Shown here: positions 14,298-28,419 of the stretch, piece by piece
How the letters are laid out: every line of letters starts with the position of its first letter
Numbering within the stretch: the stretch's first letter is position 1
Assembly: GCF_009914755.1 (NCBI RefSeq)
Contig: NC_060932.1
Direction: 5' to 3' (one strand)
Source: the human T2T-CHM13v2.0 reference genome, Homo sapiens
DNA: 64,000 nt
Notes under the pieces: generated by a model
The model's database searches: none
What the model saw: only the letters and a program-made list of their open reading frames with translations
Told to the model about the DNA's origin: nothing
Translations under genes and position numbers: made by a program

Positions 14298-15706
14298 GAG
14301 ACTCCACCAAAAGGCTATTAAAACTAATAAACAAATTCAAAATCAACAGACCAAAAACACTTGCCATTTCTATACACCAAAAGCAGACAATCTGAAAAAA
14401 TAAAATTAAAAAAGTACAAAAAAAATTAAATACCTAAGAAGTAACTGAACCAAAGAAGTTAAAGATCTCTACAATGAAAACTATAAAACACTGATGCAAG
14501 AAATTGAAAAGGACACAAAAATGAAAAGATATTTCATGTTCATGGACTGGAAGAGTCACTATTGTTAAAATATCCATATTGCCCAAAGCAATCTACAGAT
14601 TCAATGTAATCCCATTCATACCAATGACATTCTTCACAGAAATGGAAAAAAAAAATCCTAAAATGTATATGGAATCACAAAAGACCCAGAATAGCCAAAG
14701 CTATCCTGAGCAAAAAGAACAAAACTGGAGGAATCATGTTACCCGACTTCAAATTATACTACAGAGCTAGAGTAACCAAATGGAACTGGCACAAAAAGAC
14801 ACATAGGCCAATGAAAGAGAATAGAGAACCCAGAAACAAATCCATACATCTACAGTGAAGTCATTTTTTACAAAGATACCAAGAACATACATTGGGAAAA
14901 GGACAATCTCTTCAATAAATGGTTCTGGGAAAACTGGATATCCACATGCAGAAGAATGAAACTAGACTCCTATTTCTCACCATACACACACACAAAAAAT
15001 CAAATCAAAATGGATTAAAGACTTAAATCTAAGACCTCACACTACGAAACTACTAAAAGAAAACATCAGGGAAACTCTCCAGGACATTGGAGTAAGCAAA
15101 GATTTCTTAATACCCCACAAGCACAGGTAACCAAAGCAAAACTGGACAAATGGGATCACATCAAATTAGAAAGCCTCTACAGAGCAAAGGGACCAATCAA
15201 CAAATGGAAAGGCAACACACAGAATGGGAAAAAATATCTGCAAACAACCCACCTGACAAGGGATTAAGAATCAGAATATAAAAGGTGCTCAAACACGTCT
15301 ATAGGAAAAAACCTAATAATCCAATTAAAAAATGGACACAAGACCTGAGTAGACATTTTCCAAAAGAAGACATATAATTGGTAAATGGGTATATGAAAAG
15401 GTATTCAACATCAGTGATCATCAGAGGAATGCAAGTCAAAACTACAATGAGATATCACTCACATCAGTTAAAATGGCTTTTATCCAAAAGACAGGCAATA
15501 CCAAATGCTGGTGAGGATGTGGAGAAAAGGAAACCGTTGTACACTATTGGTGGGAATGTAAAATAGTACAGCCACTATGGAGAACAGTTTGGAGGTTACT
15601 CAAAACACTAAAAATAGAACTACCATAGGATCCAGTGATGGATACCTCATTTACTCCGATGTGATTATCATGTATTATATGCGTGTATCAAAATCTCATG
15701 TACCCC

Positions 15707-16223
15707 TGTACCAGTCAGGGTTCTCTAAAGGAATAGAATAGGATATATACATATATTTATCTATATATAACTATGTGTGTGTGTATATGTGTGTATATAT
15801 GTGTGTGTATATATGTGTGTGTGTGTGTAAAGGGGAGTTTATTAAGTAGTATTAACTCACACAATCACAAGGTCCCACAACAGGACGTCTGCAAGCTGAG
15901 GAGCAAGGAAGCCAGTCCGAGTCCCAAAACTGAAGAACTTGGGAGTCTGATGTTTGAGGGCAGGAAGCATCCAGCACAGGAGAAAGATATAGGCTGGGAG
16001 GCTAGGCCAGTCTAGCCTTTTCATGTTTTCTGTCTGCTTTATATCCTGGCTGTGCCAGCAGCTGATGAGATGGTGCCCACTCAGATTGGCGGTGGGTCTG
16101 CCTTTCCCAGTCCAAGGATTCAAATGTTAACCTCCTTTGGCAACACCCTCATAGACATACCCCAGGATCAATACTTTGCATCCTTCAATCCAATCAAGTT
16201 GACACTCAGTATTAACCATCACA
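15707..16223 (-). mobile_element. MLT2A-type ERVL LTR with an internal TA/TG microsatellite
   Basis: Ends TGTACCAGTCAGGGTTCTC / AGTATTAACCATCACA; 5-bp TSD ACCCC/TCCCC. Confidence 0.85.
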
Positions 16224-18344
16224 TCCCCTAAATATACACACCTACTATGATCCCACGAAAATTAAAAATTAAAAAACCAAATCGAATATTTTATATTTTT
16301 ATCTATTAACATAGTTTTAGTTATTTTTATGCTTTTGTCTAATTCTGTACCAGAATTTAAAGTTGTTTGCTCACCACCATTACTATATTATAGGATTCTG
16401 TTTTTGTCCACATATTTCCCTTTACCAGAGAGTTTTTTCATATACTTTTATATTGCTATTTAGCATCCTTTCACTTCAGCTTCAAAGAATCTCTTTAGCA
16501 TTTCTTACAAGGTAGATCTAGTGGTGATGAACTTCTTTGGCTTTTGTTTATCTGGGAAGGTCTTTATTTGTTCATTTTTGAAAGATGGTTTTGCCAGCTA
16601 CAGTATTCTTGGCTGGCTGGGTGTATTTTTATTTTTAACAACACTTGAACTGTATCACCCCACTCCCTTTTGTACTGTAATGTTTCTGCTGACAAATCTG
16701 CTGATAATCTTATGGGAGCTCCCTTGTTATATGACAAGTTGCTTTTCTCTTTCTTCTTTCAGAATTCTCTACCACTGACTTTTGGCAATTTGATTAAAAT
16801 CTTTCTCAGTGTGGGCTTCTTTACCCTTTCTTTGGTTTCTTCCTACATGGAGTCCTTTGAGATTCTTGAATCTGGATGTCCATTTTCTTCCTCATATTTG
16901 GGATGTTTTGCACCACTCTTTATTCATATAAGCTCTCTACTCCCTTTTCTCCTTTTGGGACTTCTACAATATGTATATTGGTCCACTCAATGGTGTGCCA
17001 TAAATCCCTTAGGCTTTACTTTTCATTTTTTTTTTCTGATTTGATCAATTTAAATGAGCTGTTGAGTTTGACGATTCTTCTGCATGACTGGGTCAGCTTT
17101 TTAATCCCTCTAGGTAATTTTTCAATTCAGTTATTTCTCAGATGCAGAATTTGTATGGTTCTTTTTTTATAGTTCTGTCTTGTTGATATTCTTGTTATTG
17201 CATTTTTTCTGATTTCATTTGCTTGACTATCTCTGTTCTCTCACAGCATACTAAGCTTCTTTAAGATGATCATTTTGAATTCTTTGTCAGATAATTCATT
17301 TATCTCTGTTTCTCTAGGGTCAAATTCTGGAGATTTATTTTGTTCCATTAATTGGGCCATATTTCTCTGTTTCTTCATATGTCTCATTATTTTTTTGCTG
17401 GGATTTGGGGTATCTGAAAAAACAGCCACCTCTCCCAGTCTTTATGGACTGGCTTGGTACAGGAGAAGAACTTCACCAATCAGCTCAGCTAGAGATTCTG
17501 GGGCCTCTCAAACCTTTTCTGGGGATGAATCTTCTCTGGGCTTGTACATGGAATGTCCCAATTAGAGAGGTCTGCCAGTTTCTTTTCAGTTGCTTGTAAT
17601 CTCTCGATCCCTCTGGTGCTTGTCTGTGGCACTGCAAGTTGTCTGGCAGGGCAACAGGCTGTGGAGCTCTCGCTTGTTCTCAGCAGCCCCCAGACATCCA
17701 ACATACCCTTGGTTCTCTCAGCGCTCTGAGTCAGGCAAAACAGGAATCAGTCTCTTGGGCAGTCCCCCTGAAAAGCCAGAATGTTAAATGCACTTTCCAC
17801 TCTTCCCATTCCTGCCCAAGGGATAAGCCAAGAACCACACGCTCTCTCCTGACTGTGCTGAGCTGTCCCGACCTCCATCCGCAGCACTGCTGAGTCTCTG
17901 ATGCTGCAAAAAGCCAGTTAACTCTTTTTTCTCTGAAGCCCCCAGGCATCCAAAGTATGCCAGTTCCCAGTCAGCACTGAGTCAGGAGAGACAGAAACCA
18001 GTCCATCAGGTGACCCCCCAAAATTCAGAATGGTGGACTTCCTTTCTTCACTTTCTACCCAGCAGAGAGTTGGGTGTTTACTACCAATCATGCCAAGCTG
18101 TGCCACCTTCAGGGAAAGGCAGGTGAAATTAAATGGCTTTTTTTTTCTCCTACTTCAATGCAGCTGTTCTTGGCTTTGAGCTTGCCTGGGGTACTGTGAC
18201 TTCTAAACTGGTTTCTGTAATTCTCATACATCCTTTTGGACTGTATATTGTTGTCAGTCAGAGTCCGTGGGGGAACAAGGTCCGGGACTTTCCACTCCAC
18301 CATTGTGCTGACATCAGACATTTTATGTGGAGTGGCATAAGAGA

Positions 18345-18530
18345 CTTATGGTGAATTGGGCACCCGTTGGTATCTGGCATCTGAAGTGAGTGCAGTCTTG
18401 CGGGAATGACTCCTTAATCCATAGGATCTGTGCTAATTCTGGGAAGGGAATGTCAGAAGGAAACTGAATTGTAGGACACCCAGCTGGTACTGAAGAATTG
18501 GTTGGTGTCAGAAGAAACCACACATACGGA
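18345..18530 (+). mobile_element. MER21-type LTR, 3' part (continuation of 6100-6680)
   Basis: TGGCATCTGAAGTG...GAATTGTAGGACACCCAGCTGG matches the recalled MER21 3' portion. Confidence 0.65.
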
Positions 18531-19743
18531 CACTTTTTATCTACGACAAAAATGAAAAGGCGTAAGGATGCCATCTTTAATCACAGTTACAGACTGTCTT
18601 TTCTCTAAAATTTCTTGGCACAACTTCTTTCCACATCAAACAAATGTCTGAGTTATACTGTGGGGACAAAACTTCATTTTTTAAAAATATCACTATAAAA
18701 CTTTATTTTGAAATATTAATCATCTTCAGTCCACAAGCTTAGTATTAACCACAGCCAAATATCTGGCAAAGAATAGCTAAAAGGAGATGTGAGTAGTTAC
18801 AAGAAAACATTGAATCACACCACATATTATTTCAACCTAGTATTTTATGGTTTAAGAAATTGGAACAGGAATGGGGGGATTTCAAGCAGTACTCTGACAG
18901 TGGGCCCTGCGGTGGTTGCGTAATAAAATCTCCTGACTGTGATACACTTTGCTGCTATAGCAGAACAAAACAAACAAAAGACATGGTTTATATTTCTTTT
19001 TCTCCTAAGTCCAGGAGAACAGTTAGGTGTTCAACAGTGTCAGAAATCCAGGTTCTTGCCTTTAATTCCTCTGCCACCTCTGGACACTGCTCTCATCCAT
19101 AGGGTGAAAGAGAGTGCACCACATCCACTAACCTCTGTGAAGGGGAAAGAGAGACAGCAAGACACATCCAGGAAGGTGCCTGTGTTGCATCTGCTCACAT
19201 GTGGTGGCCAGCACTCAGTCATGAGCCTTGCAGGGTGAAGGATGCTGGGACTTCAGGCTGTGTGGCAGCCATGCACCCACTGAAACCTGCTACTGGGGGA
19301 AACCTGCAATCTGTCTCAGAAGGGCACATATTAGCCCCCAGGCTCCCTAGCAAGATGATGAACCCATCACACAGTTCTTGCTGACTACAGAAATGCACTC
19401 CAGCTCTTCTAGCTTCTATACTCTGCTAGGGTGAAGACCATGAATACAATCACAACTGTTCTAAATGTTTTCTCCTTGAGTATCATCTTGTTCATTTTAT
19501 CATAGGATAAGGACCAAATAAGACCATTTATGCAAAAGCGCTTAAAACTATACAAATGCACACTTGCTAATACAATGGAAGCTCCGGAAGAATATAAGTC
19601 AGCTTCATGACTATGCTATTTATTTCTGAGTTTAGCATTAAGACTTCCTATTTTTACCCTAAATCACAACAAATTCTGTATCACAAACTCTAATAAGTTA
19701 CCTTACAGTCAGAAGAGATTTCAAAGATCCTTTAGTCTAAACT

Positions 19744-19939
19744 AAGGGTCAGCAAATAACGGCCTGTGTTTGTAAATAAAGTCACTATACTGGAACCCAG
19801 CCACGTCCGTTCATTTACAAGTTGCCTACGGCTGCTTTCACCTGCAACTGCAGAGCTGAGTGGTTCTGACACTGCATGGACCCCAAAGCCTAAAACAGTT
19901 ACTATCCCTTCCTTTACAGTAAAAGTTTGCTGACTCCTG
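19744..19939 (+). mobile_element. MER58A-like hAT-Charlie MITE
   Basis: GGGTCAGCAAA.../...TTTGCTGACTCCTG TIRs; NTCTARAN-type target flanks. Confidence 0.8.
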
Positions 19940-21205
19940 CTCTAGAGCCCTTACTTAAAACAGGAAGTCTGGAGAGAGGAACTCATTTGCCCCAAAGTCC
20001 CAAAATGAGTACCAGCGCTGGGACCCAGGCCTGCCTCCAGACCACTTCAGAGAGGCTTTTCTAGCACCATGCTGTCTCCCCTTGTTCTTCCTGGTCTCAA
20101 CCACTCAACAACAAATTATGAGTTCTGAAGTGGAGAACCAGGTTCTTGTACATTTTTGACAGTGTCACAAGCCAGAAGCACATAAGCCTCTCCCTTCTGA
20201 CCCCATGTCACTGCTGGGCTCCTCAACTCTGGACAGCAGGTAACATTTCAAAGCCAGCACGTCCATCGCAGCCTCATTGGGCTGCTCCCACAGCCAGGCC
20301 ACCCCAGGGAGTTCCTTGCGACTGTCAGGGCACGCCCTTCTCCTGACAACCCTAGCTCAAAACTTTCACCTGCAGCTGCTTTTCTGCCTTCATCTCCACA
20401 TCCAAAGGCACCAACTCTGATCAGCACTCTTTGGCAAGCTCACCTTTTCCTACATGTCCTGACAAATCTTCCATCTGAAACTCAGGTTCTCATTTCACAG
20501 CTGACCTCCCTGACTAGAACCCCAGACGTTTCATCGGCATCTTGCCCCCAACCCCTCCTCCTTAAACAGGTAGTCTTTGCAAAATACAACCAAGGGGTTA
20601 CTCAGAATTCTTCAACATTCAGCTAAGAAATGAAGCCTCCACTCCTTAATGGGATTTTCCCAGTTCTCCCCTGTACAGCCCTCCTGTGTCAGTTCAACTG
20701 CTTCATTTTCTATCCCCCTCCCCCGATCACGAAGAAAAAAGGGAAGTATATAAAGTATAGGGTAGGCAGATGTACACCGGTTCTCTTTCCTCGCAATGTT
20801 CTAGCGCTTCTCACTTGCTAATTTACCGAGAACTGTTTATCTCCCATAGTAAGACTCTTTAATACAAGAAACTCTTTAATACAAAACTCAAGCATGACAA
20901 AAATTAAAAGTACACTGTCATGTTTACTGTATTGGAAATTGAGCCAAAACACAATTTTATCAGTGCTTTCAAAAGGCACTGATTGTTGAAGCCCTAGTTA
21001 TTTAATATTTTAAAAAATTGGAAAATGAAGAAAAATGGTATCAGAAATTTGTCATAACCTATAAGGTAAGAGAATTCAACAAAGAATATAAACCCAGAGA
21101 AACTTGGATTCAAATTCCTACTGGTGGCTACTAACACAAATTATTTACAAGGTTGTAACTTTACACGAGTTATTTAACTTCTCTAAGATCATCGAATATA
21201 AAATA

Positions 21206-21792
21206 CAGTTTAATCTCATTATTCACAGTAGTTATGTTGTACAAAGTTGCCACAGTCAATTAGCAAACACTAAATTATTGCTGTTAAGGGAAACACAAGG
21301 CTAGGGTTCCCGCGAGCCTCTGAATAACAACTTTTCATCAACAATGTGTGACCTTGTTTTACATGTATTTGTTTAAAGATGCCTGCTTTAATACCTGCTG
21401 TTGATTCATTCACACCGAACTCTCAGCCACCAGCCCTGTAACTCATGCCTGAGCCATCTCTAACACAGGTGCTCCCTCCGTAGGGAGTGCCACAGCTTTC
21501 TTGTGCTTGGGAACACTAGCCAGTGCTTTAGCACTATACTTGGGGGCTGTGAAAAACAGTGAAATCATACGCAAGCACAAACATGTAAAGAAAAGGTAGT
21601 TCTCAATAGACTGCAGGAAAGACACATGCCTCAGCTGGGAAGGAGCTCGCTGGGTGATGATGAGTGTTTGCTGCTCTGCAAGTTGTGGACGACTTTGAAG
21701 GCACTGTGAGTACTGATTTGCGGATTACAAATAAATTTTAGCAAGAAGCTGAAATTGCAAATATGGAATCCACAAATAATGAATATGAACTG
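21206..21792 (-). mobile_element. MER82-like TcMar-Tigger element inserted in a MIR
   Basis: CAGTT...AACTG TIRs with TA duplication; MIR-like flanks at ~21080-21205 and ~21795-21870. Confidence 0.75.
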
Positions 21793-22675
21793 TAACTACT
21801 TTTTGGGCTATTGTGAGAAGCTGCAATAGCTGTAAAGCACTCACTCCAATGCCCAGCACATGGCAGGCACCAGTATCATTATCCAGGATTCTATCCTCCA
21901 AACCAAGACACGCTCTGACTAAAAACGACACAACGCATTCTGAGTAAAAAGCATTCCATTCTCTGCCCACAACAGCAGCCTTGATAAAAGGACTCGTTAT
22001 CTTTCAAACACTAGAACTAGAATATCTGCCATTTAGTCTATAACATTTTTGTACAGAATATTGTACTTCCATCTGAAAGATTAGAAAGCTACATCATGGT
22101 TTTAATATACATTTATTAATATCTTGAAAAAAGCCACACCCACAGCCCCCAAGGCCTCTCCTTAGATTCAAACTGGTCTGCGGGCTGTCCACACACTCGC
22201 CTGGTTCCCAAGTCTTTGGGAGCAGCTGCACCACCCTAGCTCATGGTCCAACCATTTCTAGACAAAGCCAAGGTGAGAGGAGGCAGTCTTCCCTCACAGC
22301 AACCCCCACAGAACTCCCAAAGCAGAAACTGTGGTTCGCCTGGTTATATACAGCACCAAGACAGAACCCCAGCTAACGTGGGGTGAAGGATCAGATAAAA
22401 CGAACATAAAACGACCTCCCTGCCCTGAGCAGACAGGAAAGAAAAAGGAAGTGTCCCTGGTCCGTGGACTGCATCTTGACTCACTCTGAAATAACAGGTA
22501 AAATCCTCTTGAGCTTCAGTCTTTGGCTTTTAACTCCTAAGACAAGGCTGATGAGCCCCACATGTACATCCACTCCCCAAAGGCAGACGTAAAGCCAAGT
22601 CGCCCATTCCTCCCAACAGGTGATCTTAAAAAAGCAGAAGACAGACTGCAGGGCCTCCCACCATATGGACAAGTG

Positions 22676-22979
22676 CCCACCAGAGGCAGGTCTGAGCGTA
22701 GGGGTGGGCCCACCCGAGGCAGGTCTGAGCGTAGGGGTGGGCCCACCCGAGGCAGGTCTCAGCGTAGGGGTGGGCCCACCCGAGGCAGGTCTCAGCGTAG
22801 GGGTGGGCCCACCCGAGGCAGGTCTCAGCGTAGGGGTGGGCCCACCCGAGGCAGGTCTCAGCGTAGGGGTGGGCCCACCCGAGGCAGGTCTCAGCGTAGG
22901 GGTGGGCCCACCCGAGGCAGGTCTCAGCGTAGGGGTGGGCCCACCCGAGGCAGGTGTGAGTGTAGGGGTGGAACCCACC
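22676..22979. repeat. 33-bp VNTR, 9 units (CCCACCCGAGGCAGGTCTCAGCGTAGGGGTGGG)
   Basis: Directly visible; gives 11-aa periodic ORFs in several frames. Confidence 0.97.
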
Positions 22980-23417
22980 AGCCCTGGCTGAGCAAGCTGG
23001 GCTCCACATTCAGTGACGTTCAGTTTTCAAGACAGTGACTGACTCACAAAGTGAAACCCACAGCCTAACTCTAATAAGAATAGCAGCTTTTAGACATTCT
23101 AAGTCATGCCACCTTAAGCCCTAGCAAAAATCAGTAAAAGTACACCTTATCAATTAGGGTTTTAAACTCTCAGGAATAAAAATTTCAACCTATTATTAAC
23201 ATTTACAGGTGAAGATTATACAGAGTAATATGCTAAGGCCTGAAAGGCAGATATTTAAGCCCTCATCATTCTACCCTTCAGTGGCTTACTAAAAGCACAC
23301 AGTTGAGACACCTGGAATTTACCTAGCTAATTGCTTGAGGAATTCCACAGGCCCAAGCAAGTAGAAGAATCCACCACCGTCTTTAGTGAGCTGATCTGAG
23401 TCTGGGAGAAGATTCTA

Positions 23418-23835
23418 GAGCTGTGCTTTCCAAATCAGTTGGCATTCACTAAAAACACTACTGAGGACCTGAAATAGGGCTAGTCAAACTGAGTTTTTAA
23501 TTATTCAAATTTCAAGTTAAAAACATTCCATACTGGAAAACTTTTAAGTATGTTTGGAAGAACTCAGATAAAGCAACCTGTTTTTTCACCTGTACATTTT
23601 ATAAACTCTAAATACTGATCAAGTATTTCTGAAGAAAACTTGGCATACAAATTGATACATATTAATATCTTGTGCTGGTAAATGTAAAATACACATAGAT
23701 ATGAGAGTATGAAAAAAATGTAAAGGATCTCTAACAAATTTTATATTGATTACCTATTGATGTAATATGCTGAATATATCAAATTTTAAATATTGAATTA
23801 AAACTTTTTAATGTGGCCACCAGAAAATGTTTTGC
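23418..23835. mobile_element. Charlie1-family hAT remnant
   Basis: Similarity to recalled Charlie1/MER33 sequence (TTTATATTGATTAC, TTTTTAATGTGGCCACCAGAAAA). Confidence 0.6.
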
Positions 23836-25168
23836 TATGTTTCAGTGGAGGAAAGCACCACTCTGTTCCACAGGCAGGAGCTCCCCAAGCATCAGTTAAG
23901 AGGAGCCAGCTGAATCCGGAGCGCATAAGCAGCGCCCAGGATCCTCCTTCCCTTCTATAATATCGTAACTGACCCTTCCTGCTTCCTCTCAAGTAATCAC
24001 CCACAGAGACTTGACTCAAGTGCTTCTGCTGACTGAGTATCTGACTCAGCTCATATGAGAGTCCAATGAGACTAACCCTACAAATATCTGTTTACCCAAG
24101 AAAGAATCTGCATCAAGATCAGCTCCCCTAAGGCTGGAGAACTCCTGCTCCCCGCTCCAGACTCCAGAGTTCCCACCCTGACTCAATTCTGCAGCTCCCA
24201 TCAGGTGCCGTAATGTGGAAACCCCACACCAGGTACACTCCTCTCAGGGGCACTGCTGAGCCCCACGTGGGCCTGGCTCCCTTCCTGGGCTGGCTCCCTG
24301 CCTGGTCTTGGGGATACAGCAGTGAGCATTCAGCCTAGGATGAAATGGTCCTCCAGAGAGGCTTGTGATGTCCGAATGCCTGTCGCACAAGTGAGAAGTG
24401 CCTGAATGCAGCTGTCCCAGGACCCTCCTGCCTGCACCACACCCCACTGTCCACATCAACTCGGGCAATGAGCACATTCCAGAGCAAGGGATACCAGAAA
24501 ACCAAATCCTAAGTCAGTAAAAAGCATTAACTATTTCTATTATTTAATAACAAGACCTCCTTTTTCTTCTTTTAGTGTGTCTGTTTGCCAGAGAAAAATA
24601 TTAAGGGCTGGATATGGATGACTTCATTTACTTTTCACTTTTTCATTTCATCCCAGGGGCAGGACAGCCTGGTTTGCACACACTGGCCATGGGGACTACG
24701 AGGTTTTTAGAAGTCTTCATTGGTCTTGTAAACAAGTAAGAATTCACCGGGGTTTGAGAATTATGACTCCTTTAAAGTCGAATGCTAAATTAGCCTCCTA
24801 TCAGTCTCACAACTACCTGAAACAAAAGAGGACATTTCCCAGAGGAGACGAGCCTAACTTCAGCTGTCACCTGACTCCAAGTTGCAAATCCTGCCTCCCT
24901 GTAAAGATAGGATAAATTTAGCAATTTTATCTTGAAAACATGAATACAATGGGTTTTACCTACTTGGTTATATAAAAGAGTAAGACTTCTTTCATCTTCA
25001 CAATCTGTGCCTATGATGTGTCCCATCCTAGCTAAGTGCTCCTTCATAATAAAATTATTTTATTTCTCTTCCTATATTGTTAAGTTTTCTTGGTTGGGAA
25101 GAGGTTTTGTTTTTAAAACAAAATGTCTGCAACCTTTCACCACTGATAAAGAAAAAGCTTCTGCGGCA

Positions 25169-25488
25169 TTGTTAAAACAGGGAGACTCCAATCAAGGCTA
25201 TCTCAATAGAGGAGAGGTTTGGTTCAGCTCCCAACAGGCAAAGACAGCTGTGATTTGCAGCCAACCGCAAAGGAGTCTCGGGATGGGAAGTGACCAAGAG
25301 AAGACTTCATCAAGGGTGGGAGATTCTTGCTACAGGTGGGCCAAGAACTCAGACATCAAGGCCAGGGGATGAGGAACTCAATCAGACATCAAGGGTGAGG
25401 AGGTTCGCACTGCAGGGACTTCTACTGAGGCTGGGAAGGACAAAAGCGAGGTCCTGACTAAAGCTGGGTCAGATAGAGTCTGTTGGCA
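25169..25488 (-). mobile_element. MER31-like LTR fragment
   Basis: Shares blocks (GATTCTTGCT, GGGGATGAGGAA, CTGACTAAAG) with 42437-42930. Confidence 0.6.
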
Positions 25489-26220
25489 GCTGTGTAGCCT
25501 TCCCGGTCCCTCCTCCTTTGTGCCCATGTGTCAGATGGTGGCACCAACCCATATCAAGAATTTATGAACAGGGGCTAAGCACCGCCTCAATAAACACTAG
25601 TGATAGCTCTATTTATCCCAATTTTACAGCTAAAAAACAAAACTGATACTTGGCTAGGTCAAGTGGCTCAACAAAAGGCAGAGATAGGGTGTAGATTCAA
25701 TCAAGGCTCACCAGAAACCAAGTCCAAATCTAAACTACCCAACTGTATTTTCATGCAAATACAGTTATCTTGACTACAGTTCCATACATTCAATGACATG
25801 GTAGTGGGACTGGGGGAGAAGTCTTTAGAAGTCTTCATTAGGCTTGTGAACATCTAAGAAGCTATTGAATATAAATAAGAGAAAGGCAAATTAAAATCAC
25901 ATTAAGATGCAACTTTTCCCCCCATCAGATCTAAAATCTTGAAGACATGCGCATCACACCACACTGGTGAGAAACATTCGCATATGCTGCTGGTTGGAAC
26001 GTAAACCAGGACCGCCTCTTTCAGAGGGCAATTTGGAGACATCCATCAAAACCACAAATGCACGCATCCTCGGACAGCTCCACTTCTAGACTTGTGAAAT
26101 AACTATCCTGCAGGCCTATAATAGAAAGAGACTAGAAATATCCCCCTGAAGGCATCAATAGGGGACTCGTTTTTTCAATTTGTATTTAAAATCCTGTATA
26201 TCCACGTAAGGAAATGCAAT

Positions 26221-26565
26221 TGCTGTGGACTGAATGTTTGTGTCCCCAGAACTCACATCCCCTCATGTGATGGCATGTGCAGGTGGGTATGTAAGAGGTG
26301 ATCAGGGTGAGATGGGAGTCACGAGGGTGGGGCCGGCACGATGGGATGAGTGTCCTAATATGGTGGTAAGAAGCTGGAGCTCCCTCTGCCTTGAGAGGAT
26401 GTAGTGTGAAGGCAGTGGCCTCTGCAAACCAGGAAGCAGCCCCTCACCAAGAACGAAGCACCCTGATTTAAAACTTCCAGCCTCTGGAACTGGAGAAATA
26501 AATGTTTGTTGTTGAAGCTGCCCAGTTTATCCTATTCTGTTACAGTGGCCTGAATGAACTAGGAT
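26221..26565 (+). mobile_element. MLT1A-type MaLR LTR
   Basis: TGCTGTGGACTGAATGTTTGTGTCCCC start; AATAAATGTTTGTTG near the end. Confidence 0.8.
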
Positions 26566-28419
26566 GACTGTATAACATTTAACACACAAACACAGACGAA
26601 AGAATGAGGAAGCTCTTCATGTACTGGTAAGGGCTACAACTTACTGCAAATGGGAAAAGGCAGGTGTGAAGGTGTTTACTGCAGGTTAATGTCTGCTTAA
26701 GAAAACAGCTTTATTTTTAAAGAGAAATAACGGAAAACAGTAACAAAATGTTAGCTATACAAGCAGGGAGAGAAAGGCCTCTGCCTCCCCACATACCCGC
26801 CCTCCAGCAGAACATCAGGCCTTTTCTGGATTTCAGAGCGATCGTCAATACGTTACTCCACTTCTTTCTTCCCAGACACCACTAAAGCAAACGTCACAGA
26901 GCCTCACAGTGTCATAAAAGTGTGACTTTGTGTCATCTAAACTAAGATTCACTATTCCTTGGCTCTCCCCATCTCCAAGCATGATTTTAAAACACCTGAA
27001 ACACTCCTTGATGTCTTTTTTCTTTGCAATGTCTACAGAATATGTCTAAGCTTTTTAAATTTGTAAGTGAAAATATGTCAAAAATTCTGAGTTTTGTTTA
27101 GAAAGCCATTAGTTAAGCCTAGCCAAATCCCTATGCAATCCAGTTTAGAGGCAACTGATGAACTCTTCTACACTGTCCATGTCAGACCCATCTAAACCAT
27201 CCATGTTGAACAGATCTCTGCACTTCTTTTCTCTACTATTTGCATAAAACTTTGAGGGCAGAGGTTAGAAGACGGCTCAGCAACCTTTATATTCACCGTA
27301 AGAGGCCCAATGAAATAAATTTTGTCACAGAAATTTAATATCATTTAGTATCCCACAGCCTTAAAATGGATTTTTTCCAACTAGCAGTACTGAAACGGGA
27401 AGCACTCCATGAGACACATATTATGAAGGGAACTCAAGGTACAGAAAAATGTTAACAGTGAGACAGCAAATCTTTGTTTCTGAACACACACCTATGTATC
27501 TGCATAAATGTTTCATGGACAGATATACAAAAGAGCTTAACAATGTTTCCCATTAGAAACTTTGAAGAAGTTAAGACCTGACAATCTCAAGAAATATTTT
27601 ACCATATGCATTAGCAGTTTTTCTTCAAGTAACATTAGATTCATGAAAACTTGCGTCTTTCTGTTGGAGGATTGCAATGAATGATTCTCCTTACAAACCT
27701 TGCGGTTATATGTTAATACAAAATAGATGTGTATTTATGACCAAAAAAAAGGGCCCATAGCCTAAAAAGATTCTCAGAGAAGTTTATTTTCTAAAATGTT
27801 AAAATTATTTTAGTAATAGTTAAGTGTCCCATAAATCTAAGTAATTTTGAATGCTTCACATTTCAAATTTATTGGAACCTAATATTATCTACTTTTTCAC
27901 GTAAAAAAAAAAAAAAAAAAAGGTGTGTAACCTGATGTTCAAGAAAGGCAACAGGACAGATATGATTGCAAACTGAATGCCTTTCTAGAATCAAGCAGAA
28001 TGTGCTCTCAACCTGCACGTTTAACATCACACTGACTGACAGATTTGGAGGGTAGGACAAAAGACCAAGAATGAAACAGAATTGAGAACTTCTAACATGA
28101 CAGTGAATTTAACAGATTCATTAAATCCTATTTGCATATTAATTCCTACTTCTCTCAACTTTAAAATTTTGTAGGCAGAAGTTTTATGACTTTTCATGAA
28201 TTTCAAAATTTAATTCTAATTTAATTCTAACATCTTAATTCTAAGTTAGCTTTGCAATAAAGATCAGTCCTCTTGAAGAAATTAACTAAATTTAGAATAA
28301 GACTAATCTGTCATAATTAACACAAATTTTCTCTATTTTTATATAGCAATGTTTTTCAACACAAACTTTGGATAACCTTAATAAAGTAACATAAAAACCA
28401 CAGTCAAAATTCACAACTA

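Larger units (their letters stand above)
10570..16275 (+). mobile_element. L1MA-type element with 5' UTR, ORF1, rearranged ORF2 and 3' end
   Basis: ORF1 peptides (EICDLSQREFKITTLRKLN), ORF2 start [16 protein letters not shown] at 13041, antisense blocks in 13104-13994, A-rich tail ~16258-16276. Confidence 0.88.

Noticed and set aside
22481-23038. Repetitive 120-165 aa ORFs; superficial CRISPR-like array
   Set aside because: Artefact of a 33-bp VNTR (multiple of 3); units are contiguous with no unique spacers, and the DNA is eukaryotic
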